Positions 1 to 9,682 of a DNA stretch of 64,000 nt are shown here, in pieces. Each line of letters starts with the position of its first letter. Positions within the stretch are counted from its first letter, which is position 1. The DNA lies in the NCBI GenBank assembly GCA_019637815.1, contig JAHBUZ010000011.1:18758-82757 (forward strand), read 5' to 3'. A program made the translations under genes and the position numbers. The notes beneath the pieces are model-generated. The model was not told the origin of the DNA, ran no database searches, and saw nothing but the letters and a program-made list of their open reading frames with translations. Source of the DNA: Chloroflexota bacterium (lineage in GTDB: Bacteria; Chloroflexota; Limnocylindria; Limnocylindrales; CSP1-4).

Positions 1-53
1 CGACTCGTCCCGGTCCGGCGCGCTCGTCGCGGTGAGCGACCCGGGTGCGGTCG

Positions 54-1709
54 TCACGCGGCGACCTGCGGGCTCGGATCGGCCGATGTGGCCGCCTCGC
101 CGCCGATGACCAGCTCGCCGATGCGCGTCGCAGCATCCGGCCCGTTGTCCAGGATGCCCGCGATGTGGCCGCGCGACAGGACCACGATGCGCTCCGAGAG
201 GTCGATCAGCTCATCGAGGTCCGTGGAGATGACGATGATGCCCACGCCACGCGCGGCCAGCTCCCGGATGCGCTCGCGGACCACGCCGATGGTCCGGACG
301 TCCAGGCCGTGGGTCGGCTTGTTGAACACCACGACGCGCGGCTCGAAGGAGAGCTCCCGGGCCAGCAGCGCCTTCTGGATGTTGCCGCCGCTCAGCTTGC
401 CGATGGGGGTGTGGATGGTGGGCGTCCGGATGTCGAACCGCTCGACCAGCTCGCGCGCGTTCGCGTCGATGGCGGACCGGTCGAGCGTGCCGCGACGCCA
501 GAACGGCGGGTCGCCGATGCGCTTCAGCACGAGGTTGAGGCTCACCGGATAGCGCCGCACGACCCCCTCACCGAGTCGGTCGTCGGTGACGTAGCGCAGA
601 CCGGCTCGCTGCCGCTCCGCGACGCTCGCATCATCGATGGGTCGGCCATCGAAGCGGATCGTGCCCGCGGTCGATCGGCGCTGGCCGGCGATGACCTCGG
701 CGAGCGCGTGCTGACCACTGCCGTCCATGCCGGCCACGCCCAGGATCTCCCCGGCATGCAGCTGGAACGACGCGCCTGCCAGGCTGTGCTGGCCGCGTCC
801 GCCGGATGCAGCGACACCGTCCAGCTCGAGGATGACGGGCCGATCCGCCGCGGTCGTGCTCGTCTGTGGTGCCGGCGCGTCCGCCTCGAGATCCTCGCGC
901 AGCTCGGCGATGGCGCTCACGTCCTCGGTCTCGTCGCCGAACATGATGGCCACGATGCGTCGCTGGATGACCGCCGGATCGACGCCCCGGATGTCCTCGG
1001 GCCCCAGCGATCCGACGATGCGACCCGTCTTGAGGATGGTCACCCGGTCCCCGATGGCGATCGCCTCGTGGAGCTTGTGGGTGATGAAGATGATGGCGAG
1101 ACCGGCCGCCTTGAGACCGAGCAGCACCTTCTGGAGCTCCTCGATGCCCTGGGGCGTGAGCATCGACGTGGGCTCATCGAGGATGAGCACCTGGGAGCCC
1201 TTCCAGAGCGCCTTGATGATCTCCACGTACTGCTGCTGACCGAGCGCCAGCGCACCCACCCGGACCGTGGGGTCGATGGTCACCGCGAGCGTGGCCGCGA
1301 ACTCGTCGAACCGGCGTCGTGCGGCCGCCTCATCGAGCACCATGCGTGGCTCCGAGCCCAGCATCAGGTTCTCGAGCACGGTCAGCGTGGGGATGAGGCT
1401 GAGGTGCTGGTAGACCATGCCGATGCCCAGCTCCCGACCCGCGCGCGGCGAATCGATGCGCACCTCGCGACCCTGGACGCGGATGGTCCCCTCGTCCGGC
1501 TGGTACAGCCCGGACAGGATGCTCATGAGCGTCGACTTGCCGGCGCCGTTCTCACCCAGGAGGCACAGCACCTCGCCGCCCATCACTCGCAGGCTGATGT
1601 GGTCGTTGGCAAGGACGCCCGGGAATGCCTTGGTGATGCCGGACAGCTCGACCGCGGGGACGTCGGTCCCCGCGGTCGGATACCCCCCGGTCGGGTGCAT
1701 GTCGGTCAT
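54..1709 (-). CDS. ABC transporter ATP-binding protein with two fused ABC domains (BMP/nucleoside- or sugar-type importer ATPase)
   Basis: ORF 54..2057 minus. Walker A (GENGAGKSTL) and a second ABC half are present. The plausible start is MTDMHPTGG at 1709, downstream of the BMP-family gene; the upstream part of the track ORF overlaps that neighbour in another frame. Confidence 0.8.
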   Translation of the reverse strand: MTDMHPTGGYPTAGTDVPAVELSGITKAFPGVLANDHISLRVMGGEVLCLLGENGAGKSTLMSILSGLYQPDEGTIRVQGREVRIDSPRAGRELGIGMVYQHLSLIPTLTVLENLMLGSEPRMVLDEAAARRRFDEFAATLAVTIDPTVRVGALALGQQQYVEIIKALWKGSQVLILDEPTSMLTPQGIEELQKVLLGLKAAGLAIIFITHKLHEAIAIGDRVTILKTGRIVGSLGPEDIRGVDPAVIQRRIVAIMFGDETEDVSAIAELREDLEADAPAPQTSTTAADRPVILELDGVAASGGRGQHSLAGASFQLHAGEILGVAGMDGSGQHALAEVIAGQRRSTAGTIRFDGRPIDDASVAERQRAGLRYVTDDRLGEGVVRRYPVSLNLVLKRIGDPPFWRRGTLDRSAIDANARELVERFDIRTPTIHTPIGKLSGGNIQKALLARELSFEPRVVVFNKPTHGLDVRTIGVVRERIRELAARGVGIIVISTDLDELIDLSERIVVLSRGHIAGILDNGPDAATRIGELVIGGEAATSADPSPQVAA

Positions 1710-1767
1710 GGCGTGCGAGAGCCCCACGGACGTGATGGCCCTCGCCCGCCCACTGCGTGCTGGTGCC

Positions 1768-2823
1768 TTACTGGCCGCTGATGACCGCGTCGACCTCGGC
1801 CGGGGTGGCCGTGAGCGGCACCGTGATGGAGCCATCGGCGATCCCGGCACGAGCCGCCTCCACCGCGGCCCATGCCTCGGCGGAGATCTTGTCGGTCTGG
1901 AGCAGCTTGATGCCGCCGTTCGCCGCATCGAGCGTGTAGCCCGTGCTGCCGAACGTGCCGGCCGCGAGGTCAGCGAGCGCCTGGACGTAGCCGGGCGCGA
2001 AGTCCCACACGACCGAGGAGAGCAGCACGCCCTGCTCGTCGATGGACGTCTTGTCACCGATCACGTCGATGAACCAGACCTTCTCCGCACCTGCCGGCGG
2101 GGTGGCCGTCTCGACCGCCTGGAGCATGCCGAAGGACGAGCCGTCGCCCATCCCGAAGATGACGTCCGCGCCACCCGCGATGACCGTTTCGGTGGTGGAC
2201 CTGCCACCCGCCGCGTCGCCATAGCCGGCCGGCCCGATCTGGGCCTTGAGGATCTGGATATCCGGGTTGGTCGCCTTGGCGCCGGCCGCGAAGCCGCCGG
2301 CCTGCTTGTTCCAGTTGACGTCATCCGCCGAGATGACGATACCCACGGTGCCGGTCGTGCTGGTCAGCGCCGCGAGCACGCCCGCGAGATAGCCGCCCTC
2401 CTGGCTGTGGGTCTCGAACGCCTGGACCAGGCCAGCCGTGGTCTCGTCCGGCTGGTCCCACACGATCGACGGGATGCCGTTGTCACGTGCGAACTGGGCA
2501 GCGGTGGTCGTGTAGCCGCTCGCCTGGGCGATGATGAACTGGGCACCATCCTCCCGGAGCTGGTTGAGGATGGGTGCCGGGTCGTCATAGCCCGCGGCGT
2601 CCGCCTTGAGGAGCTCCGCGCCGATGCTCGCGGCGGCAGCCTCCGCGCCGGCCAGACCCTGCTGGTTCCAGCCGAAGTCGGTGCCTGCCTCGGGCGAGAT
2701 GTAGGCGATCTTGGTGATGGGTGCCGCATCCTGCGCGAACGCGGGCACCGTGGAGCCGGCCAGCAGCGCGGCCGTCAGGCCGACGGACCAGACGCGCAGC
2801 CGTCGCTTCGTTCCTTCCGACAT
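1768..2823 (-). CDS. BMP-family (PnrA-like) ABC transporter substrate-binding lipoprotein
   Basis: Basic-membrane-protein-type binding fold with a signal peptide (LTAALLAGSTVPAFAQD). Start is MSEGTKRRL at 2823, preceded by an AGGAGG RBS. Confidence 0.8.
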   Translation of the reverse strand: MSEGTKRRLRVWSVGLTAALLAGSTVPAFAQDAAPITKIAYISPEAGTDFGWNQQGLAGAEAAAASIGAELLKADAAGYDDPAPILNQLREDGAQFIIAQASGYTTTAAQFARDNGIPSIVWDQPDETTAGLVQAFETHSQEGGYLAGVLAALTSTTGTVGIVISADDVNWNKQAGGFAAGAKATNPDIQILKAQIGPAGYGDAAGGRSTTETVIAGGADVIFGMGDGSSFGMLQAVETATPPAGAEKVWFIDVIGDKTSIDEQGVLLSSVVWDFAPGYVQALADLAAGTFGSTGYTLDAANGGIKLLQTDKISAEAWAAVEAARAGIADGSITVPLTATPAEVDAVISGQ

Positions 2824-2956
2824 GGACGTGTACCTCCTCCTTGTTGCTGGTCGGGTGTCCGCCAACGGCGGCGTACCCTCGACGCTCGAACGTGGTGCGC
2901 TCAGTGTGGGCCGTCCTCTGCTCGGGGGCCCGCGGATGCGGCCCGGGAGGGACCCG

Positions 2957-3694
2957 TCATCCGACCACGTCCGGGGTCATCGCGCCGAAGAACAACCGCT
3001 GGCCGTTCTCGCCGAGGACCGCATCGGTGACCGGATCCGGCAGACCGCTCACGCGCACCTTCGCGAGCTCCACCGACAGATGATGGAAGGGGGCGTCGGA
3101 GCCGAACAGGACCCGGTCGGGACCCACCCGTTCCACCGCCTCGCGGATCTTGGAGTGCATCGGCATGCCCGAGGTCTCCAGGTACACCCGCGGATTGCGG
3201 GCCGCGACGTCGATCGATGCGTTGATGTAGACGATGTTGCCATGTCCCATGTGGCCCAGGATCACGGACACATCCGGGAACCGGCGGATGAGCTCCTCGA
3301 TGCTCCATGGCAGCGAGAAGATGGGATGGCCGCAGTGGATGAGGACCGGCAGCCGACGCTCCCGGAGCACCTCCATGACGGGGTGCACCATCGGGTCATC
3401 GGGGTGATAGCCGTCCAGCAGCGGGTGGAGCTTCACGCCCCGGAACCGCGAGCCCGGTTCGTCCAGGAGGTCCACGAGCGTGGTCACCGCGTCCGGCATG
3501 CGGGGGTTCACCCACACGAGCCCGTACAGACCGGGGGTCCGGCCGATGATGTCCCGCACCAGCTGATGATCCGGATGGAACACCATGCCCGTGGCGACCC
3601 CATGCTCACGCATCGTGGCGACCAGGCCATCCCGATCGATGGACACACCGAAGTACGGGAAGTCGCCGACGTGCATGTGGCTGTCGAGCACCAT
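2957..3694 (-). CDS. amidohydrolase-2 family metal-dependent hydrolase (the family includes LigI-type and sugar lactonases)
   Basis: The N-terminus MVLDSHMHVGDF carries the HxH metal motif, and the sequence has TIM-barrel amidohydrolase_2 features. The ATG at 3694 gives a 246-aa protein. Confidence 0.7.
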   Translation of the reverse strand: MVLDSHMHVGDFPYFGVSIDRDGLVATMREHGVATGMVFHPDHQLVRDIIGRTPGLYGLVWVNPRMPDAVTTLVDLLDEPGSRFRGVKLHPLLDGYHPDDPMVHPVMEVLRERRLPVLIHCGHPIFSLPWSIEELIRRFPDVSVILGHMGHGNIVYINASIDVAARNPRVYLETSGMPMHSKIREAVERVGPDRVLFGSDAPFHHLSVELAKVRVSGLPDPVTDAVLGENGQRLFFGAMTPDVVG

Positions 3695-3717
3695 CGATGT
3701 AGTATGCCGTGTGGCAG

Positions 3718-3732
3718 TGTTGACAGTCAACA
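3718..3732. promoter_or_regulatory. candidate GntR-type operator, a perfect 7-1-7 palindrome TGTTGACaGTCAACA
   Basis: Perfect inverted repeat in the 109-nt divergent region between the amidohydrolase (minus) and the GntR regulator (plus). It fits the GntR/FadR consensus NyGTNxACNy. Confidence 0.35.
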
Positions 3733-3803
3733 AGTCGAACGTGTCGGTCGCGGCCTCGGGCTGCGGGTATCCTGTCGCTGGCGAACAGAGGGAAAGGCGG
3801 GCG

Positions 3804-4532
3804 GTGGACGGCTTCGACAACAAGACGCTTCGTGAGCGTGTCTACGAGCACCTGCGGGACGGCATCCTCGGTGGCCGCATCGCGCCCGGCACCGTGCTCC
3901 AGGAGGTGCCGCTCGCGGGATCGCTCGGCGTCAGCCGGGGACCCATCCGGGAAGCGCTGGGCGACCTCGCCGCCGAGGGCCTCGTGACCATCACCCCACG
4001 CCGCGGCGCCATCGTGACCACCCTCACGCGCCATGACTTCCTCGAGGCATACCAGGTCCGCGAAGGGCTCGAGGTCCTGGCGGTCCGGCTGGCGCTCCCG
4101 ATCATCACCGACGCGACGTTCGAGATGTTCGAGCGGACCCAGGCGCGCATGATGGAGTGCGCCGCGACGGATGACTTCCTGGGCTTCTACGACGCCAACG
4201 TCGAGTTCCATGAGGGGTGGGTCATCGCCTCCGGCAACGGCAAGCTGCTGGAGGTCTATCGTCGACTGATGGGCCAGCTGGTCGTGTATCGGCGGCCGTC
4301 CGCGCTCCTCCGTGGCGGCCTCGACCGCTCCATCGCCGAGCACACCGCGATCATCGAGGCGGCGAAGGCCGGCGATACCGAGTCAGCGTCGGCGCTCATG
4401 GCACGACACATCCAGGTGCCCCAGGTGCGGGTCGAGACGATGACCGAGGAGGAGTTCGCCCAGCAGGCACAGGTCGGGCTCCAGTCCCTGGCGTCGCTGG
4501 GAGCACGCGAGCCCGCTGCTCTTCGGCGCTGA
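3804..4532 (+). CDS. GntR-family transcriptional regulator (FadR/FCD subfamily)
   Basis: N-terminal winged-HTH sequence (TLRERVYEHLRDGILGGRIAPGTVLQEVPLAGSLGVSRGPIREAL) plus a C-terminal FCD-like domain. The likely start is GTG 3804, downstream of a GGAAAGG RBS. Confidence 0.8.
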   Translation: MDGFDNKTLRERVYEHLRDGILGGRIAPGTVLQEVPLAGSLGVSRGPIREALGDLAAEGLVTITPRRGAIVTTLTRHDFLEAYQVREGLEVLAVRLALPIITDATFEMFERTQARMMECAATDDFLGFYDANVEFHEGWVIASGNGKLLEVYRRLMGQLVVYRRPSALLRGGLDRSIAEHTAIIEAAKAGDTESASALMARHIQVPQVRVETMTEEEFAQQAQVGLQSLASLGAREPAALRR

Positions 4533-4566
4533 GTCCCGGCTGGCGGCGACCGCGACGAGGGGGGTC

Positions 4567-5637
4567 ATGCCAGGACCGTCGGTGATGACCGTGACCGGCT
4601 CGGTCAGCGCATCGGATCTCGGCATCGTCCTGCCCCACGAGCACCTCGTATCGGACTGCACGCCCTACTACGTCGCCTCGCCGGATCCGGAGCGCGCCCG
4701 CATCGGTGCCGGACCCGTGGACATCACCACGCTCCACCTCCTGCGCCGTGACCTGTTCGCGATCCGCGACAACCTGCTGCTCGACGATGTCGACCTCGCC
4801 GTCACGGAGGTCGCCGCGTTCCAGGCATCGGGCGGCCGGACCATCATCGACACCACGCCACCGGACGTCGGTCGCGACCCGGTGGCCCTGCGGCGGATCG
4901 CGGAGCGGTCGGGTCTCCACCTGATCATGGGCTGCGGCCACTACGTCCATCCGGTCCACCCGCCCAGCCTCGAGCACGAGCCCGTGGAGTCGATCGCGGA
5001 CCGGCTGATCGCCGAGATCGAGGGCGGGGTGGCGGACACGGGTATCCGGCCCGGCATCATCGGGGAGCTGGGGACGTGGGACCCACTCCATCCACGCGAG
5101 GAACGCGTGCTCCGCGCCGCGGCGCGCGCCCAGCGGGCCACGGGCCTGGCCATCAGCGTCCACGTCCACATCGCTGCGCGGACCGCGCTGCGGGTGCTGG
5201 ACGTCCTCGAGGACGCAGGTGCCGACCCGACCCGCGTGATCCTCGGCCATCTCGACATCGAGCTGGGTCACCTGGACACGACCGAGGCCGAGGTCATCGA
5301 GCACCATCGTGCGGTCGCAGCGCGGGGCGCCTACGTCGAATACGACACCTGGGGGACGGAGGTGTTCGCGCCGCGGTCGCCCGTCACGCCGCCGTTCTGG
5401 ACACCGAGCGACCTCACCCGTGCCCGAGCCATCGCACGGCTCGTGGAGGACGGCTACGGTGACCGGTTGCTGCTGTCCCACGACGTGTTCACGAAGAGCC
5501 AGCTGCTGCGCTACGGCGGCTTTGGCTACGGCCACATCCTGCGCGACACCCAGTACCGCTTGCGAGAGGTGGGCCTGACCGACACGGACATCGACCGGAT
5601 GCTCATCGAGTCCCCGAGGCGCGTCCTCGCTGGCTGA
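4567..5637 (+). CDS. phosphotriesterase-family protein (PTE-like lactonase/PHP homolog), paralog 1
   Basis: HEHL metal-binding motif near the N-terminus with a TIM-barrel PTE-family signature. The gene sits 35 nt after the GntR stop. Confidence 0.8.
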   Translation: MPGPSVMTVTGSVSASDLGIVLPHEHLVSDCTPYYVASPDPERARIGAGPVDITTLHLLRRDLFAIRDNLLLDDVDLAVTEVAAFQASGGRTIIDTTPPDVGRDPVALRRIAERSGLHLIMGCGHYVHPVHPPSLEHEPVESIADRLIAEIEGGVADTGIRPGIIGELGTWDPLHPREERVLRAAARAQRATGLAISVHVHIAARTALRVLDVLEDAGADPTRVILGHLDIELGHLDTTEAEVIEHHRAVAARGAYVEYDTWGTEVFAPRSPVTPPFWTPSDLTRARAIARLVEDGYGDRLLLSHDVFTKSQLLRYGGFGYGHILRDTQYRLREVGLTDTDIDRMLIESPRRVLAG

Positions 5638-5653
5638 CGAGCGGACGACCCGT

Positions 5654-6670
5654 TCAGCCCGCGGGCGGCGCGGTCGATGCGCGAACCACCAGCTCGGGGG
5701 CATCCTCGATCATCTGATCCCGGGCAGGCACGCCGGCGACGGCGTCGAGGAGCATCCGGACCGCCTCCTCGCCCATGCGCGAGTTGGGCATCCGCACGGT
5801 CGTCAGGGCGGGTGCGGTGTGCGCCGCGAACGGATGGTCGTTGAAGGCGACGATGGACACATCCTCGGGCACCCGGCGACCCGTGGCCCGCAGCTCCGCG
5901 AGCGCACCGATGGCACTCATCAGGCTCGCCACGAAGTAGGCCGTCGGCGGGTGGGCGCCGGCACTCGCCAGCACCGAGCGCATGGCGCGTCGCCCGCCGT
6001 CCTCGGTGGGAGGCGCGGCGGCCAGCCAGCCGGGTTCGATGGGGATACCCGCACCGGTCATGGCGCGGCCATAGCCCGTCAGCCGCCGGCGCGCCGTGTC
6101 GGTGTCGGCATCGATGCCCAGGAAGCCGACCCGTCGATGTCCGAGGCCGACGAGGTGCTCCACGGCCATCCGGCTGCCACGCTCGTCATCCACGACCACC
6201 GAGCCGTGGACACCACTGGTGCGCCGATTGACGAGCACGAGCGGCATGCCCCGTTCCGCGAGCTGTGCCACGAGACCATCATCCACGGACGCGAAGGCCA
6301 CGATGAGCCCGTCCACACGCCCATCGGCGACGAGCCGCTCCGAGACGTCCTGCATCGCATCGGGCACCGCGCTCGCCTCGATGACCATGACCATCCGGCG
6401 CGCTGCGGCCGCTGCGGCCTGGATCCCGTGCGTGACATCCGCGAAGCCGAGGTTGTCGAGACTCGGGATGACCAGGCCGATGGTGTCGGTGCGTCGCGTG
6501 CGCAGGCCGCGCGCGAGCGCGTTCGGTCGATAGCGCAGCTCCCGGGCCGCATCGAGGATCCGTTCCCGGGTCTCGGGTCGGACCTGCTGGTTCGGGTCGT
6601 TGCGGAGGACCCGCGACGCCGTCGACGGGTCGACGCCCGCGCGTCGTGCGACATCCTTCAGATTGGCCAC
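5654..6670 (-). CDS. LacI-family transcriptional regulator (paralog 1)
   Basis: N-terminal HTH (MANLKDVARRAGVDPSTASRVLRN) plus a periplasmic-binding-protein-like sugar-binding domain. GTG start at 6670. Confidence 0.85.
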   Translation of the reverse strand: MANLKDVARRAGVDPSTASRVLRNDPNQQVRPETRERILDAARELRYRPNALARGLRTRRTDTIGLVIPSLDNLGFADVTHGIQAAAAAARRMVMVIEASAVPDAMQDVSERLVADGRVDGLIVAFASVDDGLVAQLAERGMPLVLVNRRTSGVHGSVVVDDERGSRMAVEHLVGLGHRRVGFLGIDADTDTARRRLTGYGRAMTGAGIPIEPGWLAAAPPTEDGGRRAMRSVLASAGAHPPTAYFVASLMSAIGALAELRATGRRVPEDVSIVAFNDHPFAAHTAPALTTVRMPNSRMGEEAVRMLLDAVAGVPARDQMIEDAPELVVRASTAPPAG

Positions 6671-6807
6671 AGCGTTCGCTCCTGCTCATCGCACCGCTCC
6701 CCGATGGCGGCCCCGCCGGGTGCAGATGGTGGCAGGGTTCGGCCCGGGATGCGAGCCCTCGATGCGATCGAGGTCAGCGGCGCCTCGCCGACGGGCACGA
6801 ACGAGCG

Positions 6808-8076
6808 TCAGCCCTCGTCCGATGCCCGGTCGTCGACGGGCGCTCCCACGAGCGACGGCCCACCGATGATGCCGGCGGCCCGCAACCGCTCCAGCTCCGC
6901 CTCCGAGCGCCCCAGCTCGTCACCCAGCACCGCTCGATTGTCCTGCCCCAGGTCGCCACCCAGGTGCCGGACACGACCGGGCGTCAGGGTCAGCCGCGGG
7001 ATGGCGTTCTGCACGCGCGTCCGACCGAGCCGCGGATCATCGACGGTCGTGATGGTGTCCCGGGCGATGTACTGGGGGTCCTTGAAGATGTCCGAGATGT
7101 CATAGATCGGCCCGACCACGGCCTGCTCGCGCTCGAAGGCCTCCAGCACCTCCGCGAGGGTGTGCTGCCCGATCCAGTCACCGATGTAGCGGTTCAGCAG
7201 GTCCTGGTGCTCCACCCGTCCGGCATGGTCTCCGAACCAGGGCTCATCCACGACCTCGGGATGGCCCACGAGTCGGAGCACCCGGTCGGCGATGGACTGG
7301 GAGCTGGCGGACAGGCCCAGCCACTTGCCGTCGCTGGTCTGGAAGGCGTTGCGGGGCGCCGTCCAGTCCGTGCTGCTGCCCGTGCGGTTCTGGATGTAGC
7401 CCAGCTGGTCGTAGACCAGCGCCTGGGGCCCCAGCAGCCAGAACAGCGGCTCGTAGATGGCGAGGTCGATGACCTGGCCAGGCCCGCCGTTCACCGTCCG
7501 ATGCCACAGCGCGAACATCGTCGCGAAGGTCCCGAACATGGACGCGACACCGTCACCGAGCGCGAAGGGCGGCAGGGTGGGTGGCCCGTCCGGCTGGCCA
7601 TTGATGTGGGCATAGCCGCTGATCGACTCCGCCACCGTACCGAAGCCCGGCCGCGGGCTGTAGGGCCCGGTCTGGCCATAGCCCGAGCAGCGCACCATGA
7701 CCAGGTCCGGGTTGATGGCGTGGAGCACGTCCGGTCCCAGGCCCCACCGCTCGAAGGTGCCGGGTCGGAACGACTCGATGAGCACGTCCGCGTCCTTGAC
7801 CAGCTCCTTGAGCAGCTCGGCGCCTTCCGGCTCCCCGAAGTCGATGGACACGAGCCGCTTGTTGCGACTCACGAACGCCCACCAGAGCGAGACGCCGTCC
7901 TTCTGCCAGCCGAGCGTCCGCAGCGCATCCCCGCGCGGATGCTCCACCTTGATGACATCCGCGCCGAAGTCCGCGAGCAGGGTGCCGATGACGGGCCCCG
8001 CGAACAGGACCGCGGCGTCGATGACCTTGAGACCGGCGAGAGGGCCGGGCGAGGTCCCGGTGTCAGGGGGCGTCAC
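6808..8076 (-). CDS. family III CoA-transferase (CaiB/BaiF, formyl-CoA-transferase-like)
   Basis: The N-terminus (GLKVIDAAVLFAGPVIGTLLADFGADVIKVEHPRGD) is the classic family-III signature. GTG start at 8076. Confidence 0.85.
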   Translation of the reverse strand: MTPPDTGTSPGPLAGLKVIDAAVLFAGPVIGTLLADFGADVIKVEHPRGDALRTLGWQKDGVSLWWAFVSRNKRLVSIDFGEPEGAELLKELVKDADVLIESFRPGTFERWGLGPDVLHAINPDLVMVRCSGYGQTGPYSPRPGFGTVAESISGYAHINGQPDGPPTLPPFALGDGVASMFGTFATMFALWHRTVNGGPGQVIDLAIYEPLFWLLGPQALVYDQLGYIQNRTGSSTDWTAPRNAFQTSDGKWLGLSASSQSIADRVLRLVGHPEVVDEPWFGDHAGRVEHQDLLNRYIGDWIGQHTLAEVLEAFEREQAVVGPIYDISDIFKDPQYIARDTITTVDDPRLGRTRVQNAIPRLTLTPGRVRHLGGDLGQDNRAVLGDELGRSEAELERLRAAGIIGGPSLVGAPVDDRASDEG

Positions 8077-8149
8077 GTCGCTGCGATCTCCGATGGCCCG
8101 CTGATGCGGGTCATCCGCCCGCCAGCGACAACGCGCATCCTAGGCCATA

Positions 8150-8163
8150 GACAATCGCTTGTC
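8150..8163. promoter_or_regulatory. candidate LacI-type operator GACAATCGCTTGTC
   Basis: Inverted repeat (arms GACAA/TTGTC around a central CG) about 75 nt upstream of the CoA-transferase start. It is near-identical to the palindrome at 40615..40632. Confidence 0.35.
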
Positions 8164-8186
8164 GAGAGGGCGATCCAGCGTACCGG

Positions 8187-8888
8187 TCAGAACCCGCCGT
8201 TGGCGGTCCAGCCGCCGTCGAGCAGAACGGCCGTGCCGGTCGCGTAGCTGAACGCGCCCCCCGCCAGCGCGACGATCGACCGCGCGATCTCGTCGGGCTG
8301 GGCGAGCCGGTCCATGGGCGTGCGACCCAGGATCGCCGCCTCCGACACCCAGCCGCCCTCGATACCCGCGACCACCATCTCGGTGGCCACGAACCCCGGG
8401 CTCACCGCGAGCACCCGGATGCCATCGGTCGCCCACTCCTGGCCCAGGACCTGGGTGAGCATCACCACCCCGGCCTTGGCAGCACAGTAGTTGGCACGAC
8501 CCGCGAACGCCCGATGTCCCGCGATCGACGCCACGTTGACGACCACGCCACGGCCGGCCCGGAGCGCGGGATACAGTGCCTGGGCACAGTAGAACGTCCC
8601 GGACAGGTCGACGTCGATGACCCGGCGCCACTGCTCCACGCGCATCGTGGCCGCGGGCGCGCGGTCGGCGATGCCCGCCGCGTTGACGAGCAGCCCGACC
8701 TCGCCCACCTCGGCTGCGGCCGCGGCGACGGAATCCGGGTCGGCCACGTCCACGCGGGTCCAGGCGATCCCGTCGAGCCGAGGCGCGCCGATGTCCCAGC
8801 CGCGCACCTCCCAGCCTGCCGCGAGGAGGGCCCGGGCCGTCGCCTCGCCGATGCCCGATGAGACACCCGTGACGACCGCGAGGCTCAC
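8187..8888 (-). CDS. SDR-family oxidoreductase
   Basis: Gly-rich NAD(P)-binding motif (VVTGVSSGIGEA) and YxxxK (YCAAK). The GTG start at 8888 overlaps the stop of the upstream SDR by GTGA. Confidence 0.75.
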   Translation of the reverse strand: MSLAVVTGVSSGIGEATARALLAAGWEVRGWDIGAPRLDGIAWTRVDVADPDSVAAAAAEVGEVGLLVNAAGIADRAPAATMRVEQWRRVIDVDLSGTFYCAQALYPALRAGRGVVVNVASIAGHRAFAGRANYCAAKAGVVMLTQVLGQEWATDGIRVLAVSPGFVATEMVVAGIEGGWVSEAAILGRTPMDRLAQPDEIARSIVALAGGAFSYATGTAVLLDGGWTANGGF

Positions 8889-9682
8889 CTGGTCTCGAGG
8901 CCGTACGCCTCGATGAGCGTCGGATCCACGGGATACACGTAGCAGCGCGCCGTCGCGCCGCCGTCCACGGGGAGGCACTGCCCGGTCACGAACGAGGCGT
9001 CCTCCGAGAGCAGGAACGACGCCACGGAGCCGACCTCGGACGCCTCGCCGACCCGGTTCATGGGATGGATGGCGGCCATGTCCCGCTCCATGCGCGCCGG
9101 GTCGGGGTCGCTGTCGATGACCCGCTGGAGGAGCTCCGTGCGCATGGCGCCAGGCTCGATGGCGTTCGCCCGGATGCCCACCGGGCCGTACTCCACCGCG
9201 ATGTAGCGGGTGAGCGCGTTGATGCCGCCCTTCGCGGTGTCATAGGCGGCCCAGCCCGTGAACGCGGCGCGCGCGTGGATGCTCGAGATATTGACGATGG
9301 CTCCTGGGCTGCGCTGCGCCACGAACTGCTGGATCGCCTCCGAGCAGCCCCAGTAGTAGCCCATGAGCGAGACCCGGAACAGCCGCTCCACCTCGTCCTG
9401 GACCGGGTCATGGAGGTTGCCCGGCAGCGGCAGCGCGGCGTTGTTCACCCAGCCACCGAGCGGCGCCAGCTCGACCGCGCGATCCCGCGCCCGTCGCAGG
9501 TCCTCCCGGGAACCGGCATCACCCGTGATGACGTCACCCGCGCCCGCGACGCTCCGCGCATCGGCGGCACGGGTCTCGTCCAGCTCCAGGCCGACCACCG
9601 CCCAGCCGTCCCGGATGAGTCGCTCGAAGATCGCCCGCCCCAGCCCGGTGCCACATCCCGTGACGACCACGCTCCGTGTCAT
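8885..9682 (-). CDS. SDR-family oxidoreductase
   Basis: MTRSVVVTGCGTGLGRA and YDTAK motifs. ATG start at 9682. Confidence 0.8.
   Translation of the reverse strand: MTRSVVVTGCGTGLGRAIFERLIRDGWAVVGLELDETRAADARSVAGAGDVITGDAGSREDLRRARDRAVELAPLGGWVNNAALPLPGNLHDPVQDEVERLFRVSLMGYYWGCSEAIQQFVAQRSPGAIVNISSIHARAAFTGWAAYDTAKGGINALTRYIAVEYGPVGIRANAIEPGAMRTELLQRVIDSDPDPARMERDMAAIHPMNRVGEASEVGSVASFLLSEDASFVTGQCLPVDGGATARCYVYPVDPTLIEAYGLETR

Noticed and set aside
45-1781. 578-aa plus-strand ORF across the first ABC ATPase gene
   Set aside because: It is antisense to a well-supported ABC ATPase gene. It has a low-complexity Arg/Asp/Gly-rich translation typical of spurious reading frames in high-GC DNA, and no motifs.
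1417-3030. 537-aa plus-strand ORF spanning the ATPase/BMP-SBP junction
   Set aside because: Overlaps two confidently called minus-strand genes. The translation is Arg/Pro-rich low complexity.
5657-5666. Perfect 10-bp palindrome GCCCGCGGGC just after the PTE-1 stop
   Set aside because: It lies inside the LacI-1 coding sequence (C-terminal codons). GC-only palindromes of this size are expected by chance at this GC content.
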